This document shows positions 10,322 to 19,269 of a stretch of DNA of 64,000 nucleotides, piece after piece (position 1 is the stretch's first letter; each line of letters begins with the position of its first letter). The position numbers and the translations under genes are program-made. Source of the stretch: Terriglobia bacterium (GTDB lineage: Bacteria; Acidobacteriota; Terriglobia; 20CM-2-55-15); NCBI GenBank assembly GCA_965198225.1, contig CBDAOY010000006.1, positions 256,001 through 320,000 of the forward strand, in the 5' to 3' direction. Under the pieces are notes generated by a model. It had not been told where the DNA came from and did not search any database. It saw nothing but the letters and a program-made list of their open reading frames with translations.

Positions 10322-11166
10322 ATGTCGACTGCCAATGGGTGGATTCCAACCTGGAGGCTGTACTTGCCGACCAGCTCGATCCGGATCAGAGGTCGGGTTT
10401 CGAAGCGCATCTGAGAGCCTGCGAGCACTGCCGGGGAGAAATCGAGGGCTATGCGAAGGTCGATCGACTGGTGGGCACGTACATGGACCAGCAGACCATC
10501 CGAGCGTATGCGGTCCCTCGACTGGGCTTCTCGAACTCAAAGCTGGCAGCCGCTGCGGTGGCCGCAGCCGCAGTGCTTGCGGTTGTGCTCTGGCAGCCTT
10601 CGGTAGCAGACCAGCCCGTCACCCAAGCGCCTCCGTTGGCCGAGGTGCCCGTGACCGACGCGTCAAACGCCGCGGTCGATATCGACAAGGCGGCCGATGC
10701 GCCCGGATCGGAAAGAGCAAAGCCCGGAGTGGATGCAGATGCAGCGGAAGGCGCTCCAGCCGCACCCGTGACCACCACGCCGGACCTCCCGGAATCGGCG
10801 GATCCCCGTTTCTACGTCACCGACACCGCGGGATATTCCTACTCGCTGGACGACTTCGCCGGTTCGGTGCTGGTCTTCGCCGTCTTCGATGAGTCTCACG
10901 GGGAAGCGGCGCGGTTCCAGGAGGTGTACGACTCCTACCCTCTGGCGGCGAACCTTCGTATCCTGGGCGTCTCGACCGTCGCGACTGCACGACCCCCGGG
11001 AATCACGTTTCCGATGATGACCAACCGCGGATCCTCGTTGCTGGACACGCCGGCCGGCGAGTTCGTCGTCGTCGGGACGGACGGCACGCCTCATCTCAGA
11101 GGCTCGCTGAGGGACGACGGACTGCTGGAAACGCTCGGTTCCGCCCTCCGAGAGCTCGGCCTGTAA
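10318..11166 (+). CDS. zf-HC2 anti-sigma factor with TM helix and C-terminal redoxin-like domain
   Basis: HLRACEHC (HxxxCxxC), Ala/Val TM segment, DTAGYSYSLDDFAGSVLV redoxin-like start; ATGA overlap with sigma gene. Confidence 0.82.
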   Translation: MNVDCQWVDSNLEAVLADQLDPDQRSGFEAHLRACEHCRGEIEGYAKVDRLVGTYMDQQTIRAYAVPRLGFSNSKLAAAAVAAAAVLAVVLWQPSVADQPVTQAPPLAEVPVTDASNAAVDIDKAADAPGSERAKPGVDADAAEGAPAAPVTTTPDLPESADPRFYVTDTAGYSYSLDDFAGSVLVFAVFDESHGEAARFQEVYDSYPLAANLRILGVSTVATARPPGITFPMMTNRGSSLLDTPAGEFVVVGTDGTPHLRGSLRDDGLLETLGSALRELGL

Positions 11167-11229
11167 AGGGAGGAAACCGTCTCTCCCGAACTTTTCTGCT
11201 TGAACCAACACCCAGAGGTCCGTGTACGG

Positions 11230-11387
11230 ATCGCAAATTGCGGTATTTGAACAATCCCCATTGCAGGTTGCTGATTGGAAATTGCTTCATTTCAAATCTT
11301 TCTGCTCGAAGTTCCGAGCGATAACAAATCGAGCAATTTCGAATCTCCAATTTCCAATGCGGATTTGTCCACTAACCAATTTGCGAT
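11230..11387. repeat. AT-rich long imperfect inverted repeat (REP/MITE-like)
   Basis: atcgcaaattg...gattggaaattgct pairs imperfectly over ~55 bp with agcaatttcgaatc...caatttgcgat. Confidence 0.65.
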
Positions 11388-11536
11388 AGATCGGTTTGAT
11401 CCCTGACGAAAGAAAGGTCCGGTCGATTTCCGCCAGCGTAACGAAACGCGCGGGAGCCACTGTGAGGGGGACAGGGGCCTGGCCCTGTCCCCGGGTGTTG
11501 GCTCAAGCTGAAGAGTCCGTGAGTGAGGAATCCCTC

Positions 11537-12772
11537 CTACCTTTCCAGACGTACCAGGTCCTCGTAAGTCTCCCGTTTTCTAACGACGGTAAACGTGTCG
11601 CCGTCAACGAGTACTTCCGCGGCTCTCGGGCGGGAATTGTAGTTGGACGACAGGCTGAAGCCGTAAGCTCCGGCGCTCATCACGGCGAGCAGGTCGTCGG
11701 CCTCGAGCCGCTCCATCTCCCGTTCCTGGGCGATGAAGTCTGATGACTCACAGATCGGACCGACGACATCGACGACCTCGCGGTCGGCTCGCCGACGAAC
11801 GGGCTGCAGCTGGTGGAACGATCTGTAGAGAGCGGGGCGGATCAGATCGTTCATGCCGGCGTCGACGACCGCGAACTGCTTGCCACCCTGCTGTTTCTTC
11901 AGAAGCACGCGACACAGCAGGATGCCGGCGTTGCCCACGATCACGCGCCCCGGTTCCAGCACCAGAGTCAGTCCGAGTTTCCCGGCCGAGCGGATCACAG
12001 TCTGTGCGTACTCATGCGGTGACGGCGGCTCTTCGCCGGCGTAGGGGATCCCCAATCCACCACCGAAATCGAGATACTTCAGCTCGAAGCCGTCATCGAG
12101 CAGCCTGGCGGTGAAGCGGGTGACGCTGGCGAGGGCATCCTCGAACGGCGTCAGTTCAGTGATCTGAGACCCGATGTGGCACCCGACGCCGGCAACCTCG
12201 ATGTCGGGAAGCCCTCGGGCATACCGGTACAACTCTTGCGCTTCCGACAGGGCGATCCCGAACTTGTGCTGTTGAAGTCCGGTCGAGATGTAGGGATGGG
12301 TGCGCGCATCGACATCGGGATTGGTCCGAAACACGACGGGCGCTCGCCGACCCGTCTCGGCGGCGACACTGGCGATCAGATCGAGCTCGGCTGACGACTC
12401 GACGCTCAGGAACAGAATCTCGGCCTCCAGCGCATACCGGATCTCGTCGCGTCTCTTGCCGACCCCCGAAAAGATGACGCGGTCAGCCGGCGCTCCGGCC
12501 TGGATGACCCGATAGAGCTCCCCGCCCGACACGGCTTCGAAGCTGACGCCCCAGTCCAGGAATCGCTTCAAAAGGGTCAGGTTCGAATTGGCCTTGACCG
12601 CGTAGCAGATCAGGTGGGGTGCGGCGCTGAACGCCTCCTCAAACACGCGTATATGCCGGGCCAGCGTTCGTTGACTGTAGACATACACCGGAGTCCCGAC
12701 TTCCTGTGCGATCCGGGCGAGGGGAACTTCCTCACAGCAGAGCTCGTCGTTCCTGTAATCGAAGTAGTGCAT
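11537..12772 (-). CDS. lysA: Diaminopimelate decarboxylase
   Basis: GTPVYVYS, CYAVKANSN, HIGSQIT, EPGRVIVGNAG, GPICESSD, SSNYNSRPR; start MHYFDY at 12772. Confidence 0.96.
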   Translation of the reverse strand: MHYFDYRNDELCCEEVPLARIAQEVGTPVYVYSQRTLARHIRVFEEAFSAAPHLICYAVKANSNLTLLKRFLDWGVSFEAVSGGELYRVIQAGAPADRVIFSGVGKRRDEIRYALEAEILFLSVESSAELDLIASVAAETGRRAPVVFRTNPDVDARTHPYISTGLQQHKFGIALSEAQELYRYARGLPDIEVAGVGCHIGSQITELTPFEDALASVTRFTARLLDDGFELKYLDFGGGLGIPYAGEEPPSPHEYAQTVIRSAGKLGLTLVLEPGRVIVGNAGILLCRVLLKKQQGGKQFAVVDAGMNDLIRPALYRSFHQLQPVRRRADREVVDVVGPICESSDFIAQEREMERLEADDLLAVMSAGAYGFSLSSNYNSRPRAAEVLVDGDTFTVVRKRETYEDLVRLER

Positions 12773-12871
12773 CCCTGTCGCCGGTTGATCGGCATCGATT
12801 ATATACGCAAGCAGCCACCGATCCGGAGCTAGTAGCCCCTGGTCGAAGGACGAAAAGACTCGCACACCGGA

Positions 12872-13146
12872 CTAGTGACCTGCAACAGTGCTATCGGTAC
12901 CAGCGTTCGGCTGAACGGCGTCGGATTCTAGGAGTGACCCCCGAGCCAATGCTGTTTCATTGCGAGGGCGTTACGACACCGAAGACGGCGCCGTTCCGCC
13001 GAACCCTTCGGGCCGATGGGGGTTGCGGGCGATCTCTTTGTCGGAAGCCGTCACCGATGAAAGAGCATCGCTTTCCGTCTCCCTCCTCGACCTCGCCCGC
13101 AAGACCCATCGGCGATGGTGCCGATAGCACTGTTACAGGCCACTAG
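12872..13146. mobile_element. MITE copy 1 (~275 bp, ~30-bp TIRs, CTAG at both ends)
   Basis: ctagtgacctgcaacagtgctatcggtacca ... tggtgccgatagcactgttacaggccactag; near-identical to 14708-14982. Confidence 0.88.
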
Positions 13147-13181
13147 ATGTATCATGGTGCATATCTGGGGGGAGGTTCTGG

Positions 13182-14711
13182 ATGATTCTTGGCAAACGGT
13201 GCGGGCGCTTGCTCCTTCTAACAATGCTGCTTGCCCTCGTTCTATCCGGGGCGGGTTCCGAAGCGATCGCCCTCACCGGCGCGACGGCCATGGCGCAGAC
13301 GGTTTCCGACGATGCAGGGGAAGCTCCCGCGGAGCCCGTGGGAGGCGGACACGTAGATCCCTTCGCTTTCATCATGCTCGAATTCGGACTGCTTATCGCC
13401 TTTGCGATGGGCGGCCGGTGGGTCGCCGGGCGATTGAATCAGGCTCCGGTCCTCGGCGAATTGCTGACCGGCGTCGTCGTCGGAAACGTCGGCTACTGGC
13501 TCGGCATACCCCTGTTCATCCTCGTCATGAACCTCGGTAGCGCCGGAGACTTGTTCGAACAGGTATGGGCTACAGGTCAATCGATCGCCGAAGCGGCTCC
13601 TCAGGTGTTTTCCGAAACAGAAATGGCCCTCGGCGGTAGGGGTCAGGAACTCATGGGCATTCTCAGCGGCTCCGAAGGAGGCAACCTGGTCCTGATGGGA
13701 ACCGCCTTGTGGATCTTCTCGAGCCTCGGCGTGATCATACTGCTGTTCTGTGTCGGCCTGGAATCGAGTGTCGCGGAAATGCTGCAAGTGGGACCGCGTG
13801 CGTTGATGGTCGCGACGTTGGGCATCATCGGCCCCTTTTTCCTGGGACTACTCGCAAGCACCTGGTTGCTTCCCGACGCCGGCATGCCGACCCACCTGTT
13901 CCTCGCGGCGACGTTGTGCGCCACCAGCGTCGGCATCACTGCGAGGGTTTTCAAGGATCTGAACAAGCTTCAAACGGGCGAAGCGAAGGTCATCCTGGGA
14001 GCAGCCGTGATCGACGACGTGCTGGGGCTGATCATTCTCGCCGTCGTCGTCGGCATAGTCGCGACCGGTCAATTCGATCCGTCGGCCCTCACGAGGATCA
14101 CGACACTCTCCCTCTTATTCCTGGGTTCGGTGATCTTCTTCGGCGAAAGGCTGATGCGACGCCTGGTCCGCGGGGTAAAGTACCTCGACCGGCCCCACGG
14201 CAAGCTCCTTTTCCCTCTCGTCGTCGCCTTCCTGATGTCCTGGCTCGCCAACATGATCGAACTCGCGGCCATCGTCGGCGCTTTTGCTGCCGGGCTTATC
14301 CTCAGCGACGAACACTTTGGGGACGAGTGGAATCCCTCCGCCCCATCGATGCAGGAGCTGATCGGACCCCTCGAAGCGATCTTCGCTCCAATCTTTTTCG
14401 TGATGATGGGTATGCAGGTCAACCTGGAGTCCTTCCTCGATACGAGCACACTGGTGCTGGCTTTCGTCCTGACCGTGGCCGCGGTCGTCGGAAAGGCCAT
14501 TGCGGGAACCGTGGCGGGGGCAAAGATGGACCGACTCTCGATCGGGCTCGGCATGGTCCCGAGAGGCGAAGTCGGGCTCATTTTCGCGAGCATCGGGAAG
14601 GGTCTCGGCGTCGTGACGGACCACGTGTTCTCGGCCCTGGTCGTCATGGTCATCGTAACGACGCTGATCACGCCGCCGGCATTGAGATGGTCCCTGTTCC
14701 GGGAGCGCTAG
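13182..14711 (+). CDS. Cation:proton antiporter (CPA2/Kef family)
   Basis: Multiple TM helices; LCATSVGITARV, ILGAAVIDDVLGL, GLGMVPRGEVGLIFA; exact start uncertain. Confidence 0.92.
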   Translation: MILGKRCGRLLLLTMLLALVLSGAGSEAIALTGATAMAQTVSDDAGEAPAEPVGGGHVDPFAFIMLEFGLLIAFAMGGRWVAGRLNQAPVLGELLTGVVVGNVGYWLGIPLFILVMNLGSAGDLFEQVWATGQSIAEAAPQVFSETEMALGGRGQELMGILSGSEGGNLVLMGTALWIFSSLGVIILLFCVGLESSVAEMLQVGPRALMVATLGIIGPFFLGLLASTWLLPDAGMPTHLFLAATLCATSVGITARVFKDLNKLQTGEAKVILGAAVIDDVLGLIILAVVVGIVATGQFDPSALTRITTLSLLFLGSVIFFGERLMRRLVRGVKYLDRPHGKLLFPLVVAFLMSWLANMIELAAIVGAFAAGLILSDEHFGDEWNPSAPSMQELIGPLEAIFAPIFFVMMGMQVNLESFLDTSTLVLAFVLTVAAVVGKAIAGTVAGAKMDRLSIGLGMVPRGEVGLIFASIGKGLGVVTDHVFSALVVMVIVTTLITPPALRWSLFRER

Positions 14712-14982
14712 TGACCTGTAACGGTGCTATCGGTACCAGCGTTCGGCGGAACGGCGTCGGATTCTAGGAGTGACGCTCGAGCCAATGCTGTTTCATTGCG
14801 AGGGCGTTACGACACCGAAGACGGCGCCGTTCCGCCGAACCCTTCGGGCCGATGGGGGTTGCGGGCGATCTCTTTGTCGGAAGCCGTCACCGATGAATGA
14901 GCATCGCTTTCCGTCTCCCTCCTCGACCTCGCCCGCAAGACCCATCGGCGATGGTACCGATAGCACTGCTACAGGCCACTGA
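14708..14982. mobile_element. MITE copy 2, direct repeat of copy 1
   Basis: Same body and TIRs as 12872-13146; its left CTAG contains the antiporter TAG stop. Confidence 0.88.
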
Positions 14983-15392
14983 GGCCTCGCATACCTGGAA
15001 GTCGATCCCAGTGAATCGAAAATTGCGCAGCTCTTGTTCAGGTTAGTCGACAGTGGCTCTCCGAAAAGAATCGTTACGTTTGGTCCACGGCGTTGTTCAG
15101 AATTTTTTTCGGTTTGCGTTGGCGCACCGTGAGGTCGGTTCACCACCGGATGCTTCGATCGGGTTCTTTGCCACTCGGCAGGAGATTGCAGCCGCCTGAT
15201 TCGCAGTGACCTCTCCACCCGAGCTGCATTCCGATTCAGTCAGACTGACAATGCCAGTTTCGAGCAGGTACTGGACAGGATCCTTGCGCACCCGACGGTT
15301 TGGCAAAAGAAGTTCAGCCAACTCCTTTCACCGTGTAGCATAAAGCGAAACGGGACCACGAACTCTCTTCGAGCGAGGGAGACCTCCGGAGC

Positions 15393-16466
15393 ATGGAATC
15401 CATGGGCAACGACAACCCACCCCCGAGTAGGACAGCCCGAATGTTCAAGGCTGTCGGGTATGCCACAGCGCTGCTGACACTGGCCTTCGGCGTGTCGCGT
15501 GTCTGGATCGCGGTCGCCGACTATGGCGAGCGGCAGCGGCAGGTCGAGGAACTACTGGCGACGGCGGAGGTGCAACTGATCGGCGCGGACTATCCGGACG
15601 CCTGGGAGAGCGTGAGCGCGGCCGACGCCATCCAACCGTCCGACCGCGTGCGCATGCGGCTCGAAGACGTGGCGATGGTCTGGCTTCGTGACCTGCGCGT
15701 GCCATCGGGCCAAACCTTCAGCGATGTCGTTTCCCCCCTGCTGCCGGTCGTCACGCGCGGCGTCGCCGAAAGCGAGGGGTCGCGGCAAGCTGACCTGCTG
15801 GCCCACGTGGGCTGGGCGGACTTTCAGCGCTCGCGCGACGGATTCGATTCAGACTTCGAGCGCTACTATGAGGAAGCACTCGCCATCGACCCCGGGAACC
15901 CTTTCGCCAACGCCTTCTTCGGTCACTGGATTCTCTGGCGCCACGGTTCCGCAGCCGAAGCGACGGCATACTTTGCCGCGGGCCTGGAAAGCCGTCGGGA
16001 GCAGAGCTTCATCCGGCGGCTACAGTTGGCGGGACTCACGAACGTCGGCTCGATCGAAAACGGCGTCGAGCTGGTGCGCATGGCCCTCGAGATAGCTCGC
16101 AGCGACGAATCGCCACCGGACGGTTTCGCGGAACGATCGTGGTCTTCCGTTTATCGCCGTGCCTGGAGCAACCGCCTCGAGCTGGTGCAGCAGTCGGTCC
16201 TGGATGCTGTGGCGCCCCAGGATCACGTCGCCGTTTTCGAGCGCTTCTTCGGACCCGACAGCGCCGCGTACCGTGTAAACCGGTGGGAGCGGGACCTGTG
16301 GCTCGCACATATCCTCGAGCGCGGCGGAGAAGCAGGGCGAGCGGCAACGCTATTGGGCCAGACACCGCGCACCGATGGGTCCGGGGCCGCCCTCAATTCA
16401 GCCTATCTCGAGCAGATCGACGCCGCGATGGCCCGGCTTTCCGGTGGCGTCGGAGCCATACGCTGA
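15393..16466 (+). CDS. Membrane-anchored hypothetical protein with a TPR-like segment
   Basis: N-terminal TM helix; YEEALAIDPGNPFANAFFG resembles a TPR; GGAG RBS. Confidence 0.7.
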   Translation: MESMGNDNPPPSRTARMFKAVGYATALLTLAFGVSRVWIAVADYGERQRQVEELLATAEVQLIGADYPDAWESVSAADAIQPSDRVRMRLEDVAMVWLRDLRVPSGQTFSDVVSPLLPVVTRGVAESEGSRQADLLAHVGWADFQRSRDGFDSDFERYYEEALAIDPGNPFANAFFGHWILWRHGSAAEATAYFAAGLESRREQSFIRRLQLAGLTNVGSIENGVELVRMALEIARSDESPPDGFAERSWSSVYRRAWSNRLELVQQSVLDAVAPQDHVAVFERFFGPDSAAYRVNRWERDLWLAHILERGGEAGRAATLLGQTPRTDGSGAALNSAYLEQIDAAMARLSGGVGAIR

Positions 16467-16590
16467 CCTTGGCCGGTTTGACGCCGCTGTCGCCCTGTCG
16501 ATAGCTGGGGGGGTCGGTTGCCGGCTCCTGCCGCGTCGAAATATCTCTCGACGCAGTCTTCAAAATGTTTGCCAACGCTGACATGGGGCC

Positions 16591-16762
16591 AAGTTCTGCC
16601 AGCCGGAAGAGTCGGCCGAGGGCCTTTTGCAGGCCGCCATGCGGCAGATGAACCTGTCGGCGCGTGGCTCCCACTGGATACTCAAGGTCGCCCGGACCAT
16701 CGCCGACTTCCGGCGAGCGCGACATCGGCCTCCCCCACGTCGCCGAGGCCCTCCAGTACCGC
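16591..16762 (+). pseudogene. comM: 3'-terminal remnant of a ComM/YifB-family ATPase gene
   Basis: LLQAAMRQMNLSARGSHWILKVARTIAD, then after a frameshift ERDIGLPHVAEALQYR, matching the ComM C-terminus. Confidence 0.8.
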
Positions 16763-16877
16763 TCCACCGGATTCAGCCAAGGGGCTGCTCGCACAGTTTG
16801 GAGGAACGGATTCGGGGGTGTATCCTCGGTGATCAGCCACGCAAACGTTTGCCAACATTCTGTTGCAGGAGGGGGCC

Positions 16878-17945
16878 ATGACCACCAGGAGAGTCTCGTC
16901 TCGCGTGAAGAAGAAGAGTACCGCCCGTAGGCAGACCACCAAGAAAGCACCGCCTCCGGCCAAAAAGAAGCCCGCGATCCCCGATGGGGCGGCATTGAGT
17001 ACGTCACGCGCGTTCGGCCTGCCAATGCTCAAGACCATACAGAGCCTTCAACTGCACACCGAGTGGGTCTCCCAGGACGGCACCGCCGCGGTGAAGAAGG
17101 CGTTGAAGGGCAGCGGGTTTGAGCTGGTTGGCTCGCTCATAAAAGGTCCCAAATTGAGCGGGTCCCAGGGCTACGTGGTGGCCGACGACAAGAACCTGGT
17201 CGTGGCCTTCCGGGGCACCAAGACAGTCGACTTCGACGACCCAGACACTCTGGATGTCGAAGCAGGGATGGACATGGTCTCGAACGTGATCACGGACGCG
17301 ATCGCATTCCAGGAAAAGATGGACTTCGTGGACCCGAAGGCGCGATACGCAAAGCAGTATCGCAAAATCAAGATTCATAGAGGGTTTCACAGGGAGTACG
17401 GGCGACTCCAAGACGCCGTCCTGAAGCGAGTGAACGCGAAGGAGCACCGCAAGAAGACCGTGTACGTGACGGGGCACAGTTTGGGAGGGACGCTGGCTCT
17501 GCTTGCGGCATTCGATATCGCCACCCGCACGAAACGCACAGTGCACCTGTACGTGAGCGGCTGCGCGCGCGTGGGCGGGAAGGACTTCCGTAAGGCGCTG
17601 GAAAAGGTGGTCCCGAATACCTGTCGGTTGACGGTGAACAAGGACCCGGTGCCGCGCGTGCCGCCTGGTTGGGCGTACGACTACACGCACGCCGGACGGC
17701 TCGTCCAGCTGTATCCGAACGGCGTGCAGGTGCCGCTGAACAAGATCAACGGCAAGCTCAACATAAAGCTGCGCTCATGGGAACTAGACCTGTTGAAGAT
17801 CAAGTCTGAATTCAAGTATCACGGCCGCGACGTATACAAAAAGGCCATCGACGCGCTGGTGAAGAAGGGAGCGGACAAGACTTACTTCACGACCAAGGGG
17901 GTGTCGCCAAGCAAGGCGGCGAACCGAGAGCGAGCCACCACCTAG
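16878..17945 (+). CDS. Class 3 lipase-family protein
   Basis: VVAFRGT, IHRGF, VTGHSLGG, GCARVGG, DPVPRVPP, YTHAG; Lys-rich N-terminal tail. Confidence 0.9.
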   Translation: MTTRRVSSRVKKKSTARRQTTKKAPPPAKKKPAIPDGAALSTSRAFGLPMLKTIQSLQLHTEWVSQDGTAAVKKALKGSGFELVGSLIKGPKLSGSQGYVVADDKNLVVAFRGTKTVDFDDPDTLDVEAGMDMVSNVITDAIAFQEKMDFVDPKARYAKQYRKIKIHRGFHREYGRLQDAVLKRVNAKEHRKKTVYVTGHSLGGTLALLAAFDIATRTKRTVHLYVSGCARVGGKDFRKALEKVVPNTCRLTVNKDPVPRVPPGWAYDYTHAGRLVQLYPNGVQVPLNKINGKLNIKLRSWELDLLKIKSEFKYHGRDVYKKAIDALVKKGADKTYFTTKGVSPSKAANRERATT

Positions 17946-17964
17946 CTGGGAGTGGGAGGCGAAC

Positions 17965-19269
17965 ATGACGAGCCGAAAGGTAGGGAAGGCAGCCAGGGAG
18001 AAGTCGACCGAGCGCCCGTACAACGTTCTGGCTATCGGGGATTCGGTGATGTGGGGGCAGGGCCACCTTGCGAAGGACACGTTCGCCGAGAAGGTGGCGA
18101 AGTACATTCAGGAGGACGCCGGCAAGCGCTCCGTGCAGGTGGCGAACCTGGCGCATTCCGGAGCGGTGATCGGGACTACGCGGGCCGAGAGCGCCTCGGC
18201 GCAGCCGTATCTGTATGGAGAGCTGCCTCGAACGTATCCCGACCTGTACACCCAGCTCCGAGCGTCGAAGTTTCAGTACAGATCCAGTGACACGCTCCCG
18301 AAGACCTACCTCACGGCACAGAGCTTCGACTCGACGCGTCAGTCGACGCACAAGAAGCGGATGAAGAAGACTCTGGATGCGATGAACTCGGGCGACCCGG
18401 ACCTGATCCTGCTGGACGGGGGCATCAACGACCTGGGCGCCACCCAGATTCTCAACCCCCTGGACCAGGACAAGAACGAAATCGACTTACCCGATTCGCT
18501 GCGGGACGTGCGGCGATTCGTGGCGGATTGGCGGCATGAGCCGAAGCAGTTCGAGCGGGAGATCAAGCAGTTCTGCTACGAGCGCATGCGAAGGTTGCTG
18601 GTGGCGGTACACAGGGCGCATCCCACGAGCAAGATGGTGGTGACGGGATATTACCCGATCTTCACGAAGGGATCGGCGCTCGGTGCGGTGGGCGGCGGCG
18701 GGACCCTGGCGGCGATGCTGCTGGTCCTGATGCGCAGGCCGAGACCTCTCAGGGTGGCGACTCTGACGGCGCTCACGGCCGCATACGCACTTTTGTCGAA
18801 ACTGGTTATCGAGCGGAACGACTACTGGTATAAACGCTCACGGCACTGGCTGGACGAGGCGGTGGATAACGCGAACGAGTCCATCGGGAGTCGGGCCTGC
18901 TTCTTCGCGCAGCCCAGGTTCGGGAAGGATAACGGCGGGTTCGCGAAGAAGTCGTACCTGTACGAGTTCACGCTCTCGTCGAAGTTTCCGAAGAAGAAGT
19001 CCGACCTGGAGAAGTGGGTAAAGGTGTCGGACCCTCAGAAGCGCTATCGCAAGACGGCCTGGGATAAGTTCTATAACTCGCGTAGCCACGATGGCGACAA
19101 GTCCGACGGCTCCAAGTTCAGCGATTACAGGGCATCGATCGCACATCCGAACGACGCCGGTGTACAGGAATACACACGCGCCATCATGAGCGTGATCCGA
19201 GGTAATTCGCGGGCGTTCGGGCTGAGGTTGGTTATGTTTCAGAGTTTCTGCAAAAAGGTCCTGAAATAG
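17965..19269 (+). CDS. SGNH/GDSL hydrolase-family protein
   Basis: GDSVMWGQG, AHSGA, DGGIND, VTGYYP, HPN; last ~13 codons run into the IS256 left end. Confidence 0.85.
   Translation: MTSRKVGKAAREKSTERPYNVLAIGDSVMWGQGHLAKDTFAEKVAKYIQEDAGKRSVQVANLAHSGAVIGTTRAESASAQPYLYGELPRTYPDLYTQLRASKFQYRSSDTLPKTYLTAQSFDSTRQSTHKKRMKKTLDAMNSGDPDLILLDGGINDLGATQILNPLDQDKNEIDLPDSLRDVRRFVADWRHEPKQFEREIKQFCYERMRRLLVAVHRAHPTSKMVVTGYYPIFTKGSALGAVGGGGTLAAMLLVLMRRPRPLRVATLTALTAAYALLSKLVIERNDYWYKRSRHWLDEAVDNANESIGSRACFFAQPRFGKDNGGFAKKSYLYEFTLSSKFPKKKSDLEKWVKVSDPQKRYRKTAWDKFYNSRSHDGDKSDGSKFSDYRASIAHPNDAGVQEYTRAIMSVIRGNSRAFGLRLVMFQSFCKKVLK

Noticed and set aside
12872-14982. MITE as a derivative of the IS5 in this window
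   Set aside because: Both sit at CTAG but their terminal repeats are not similar
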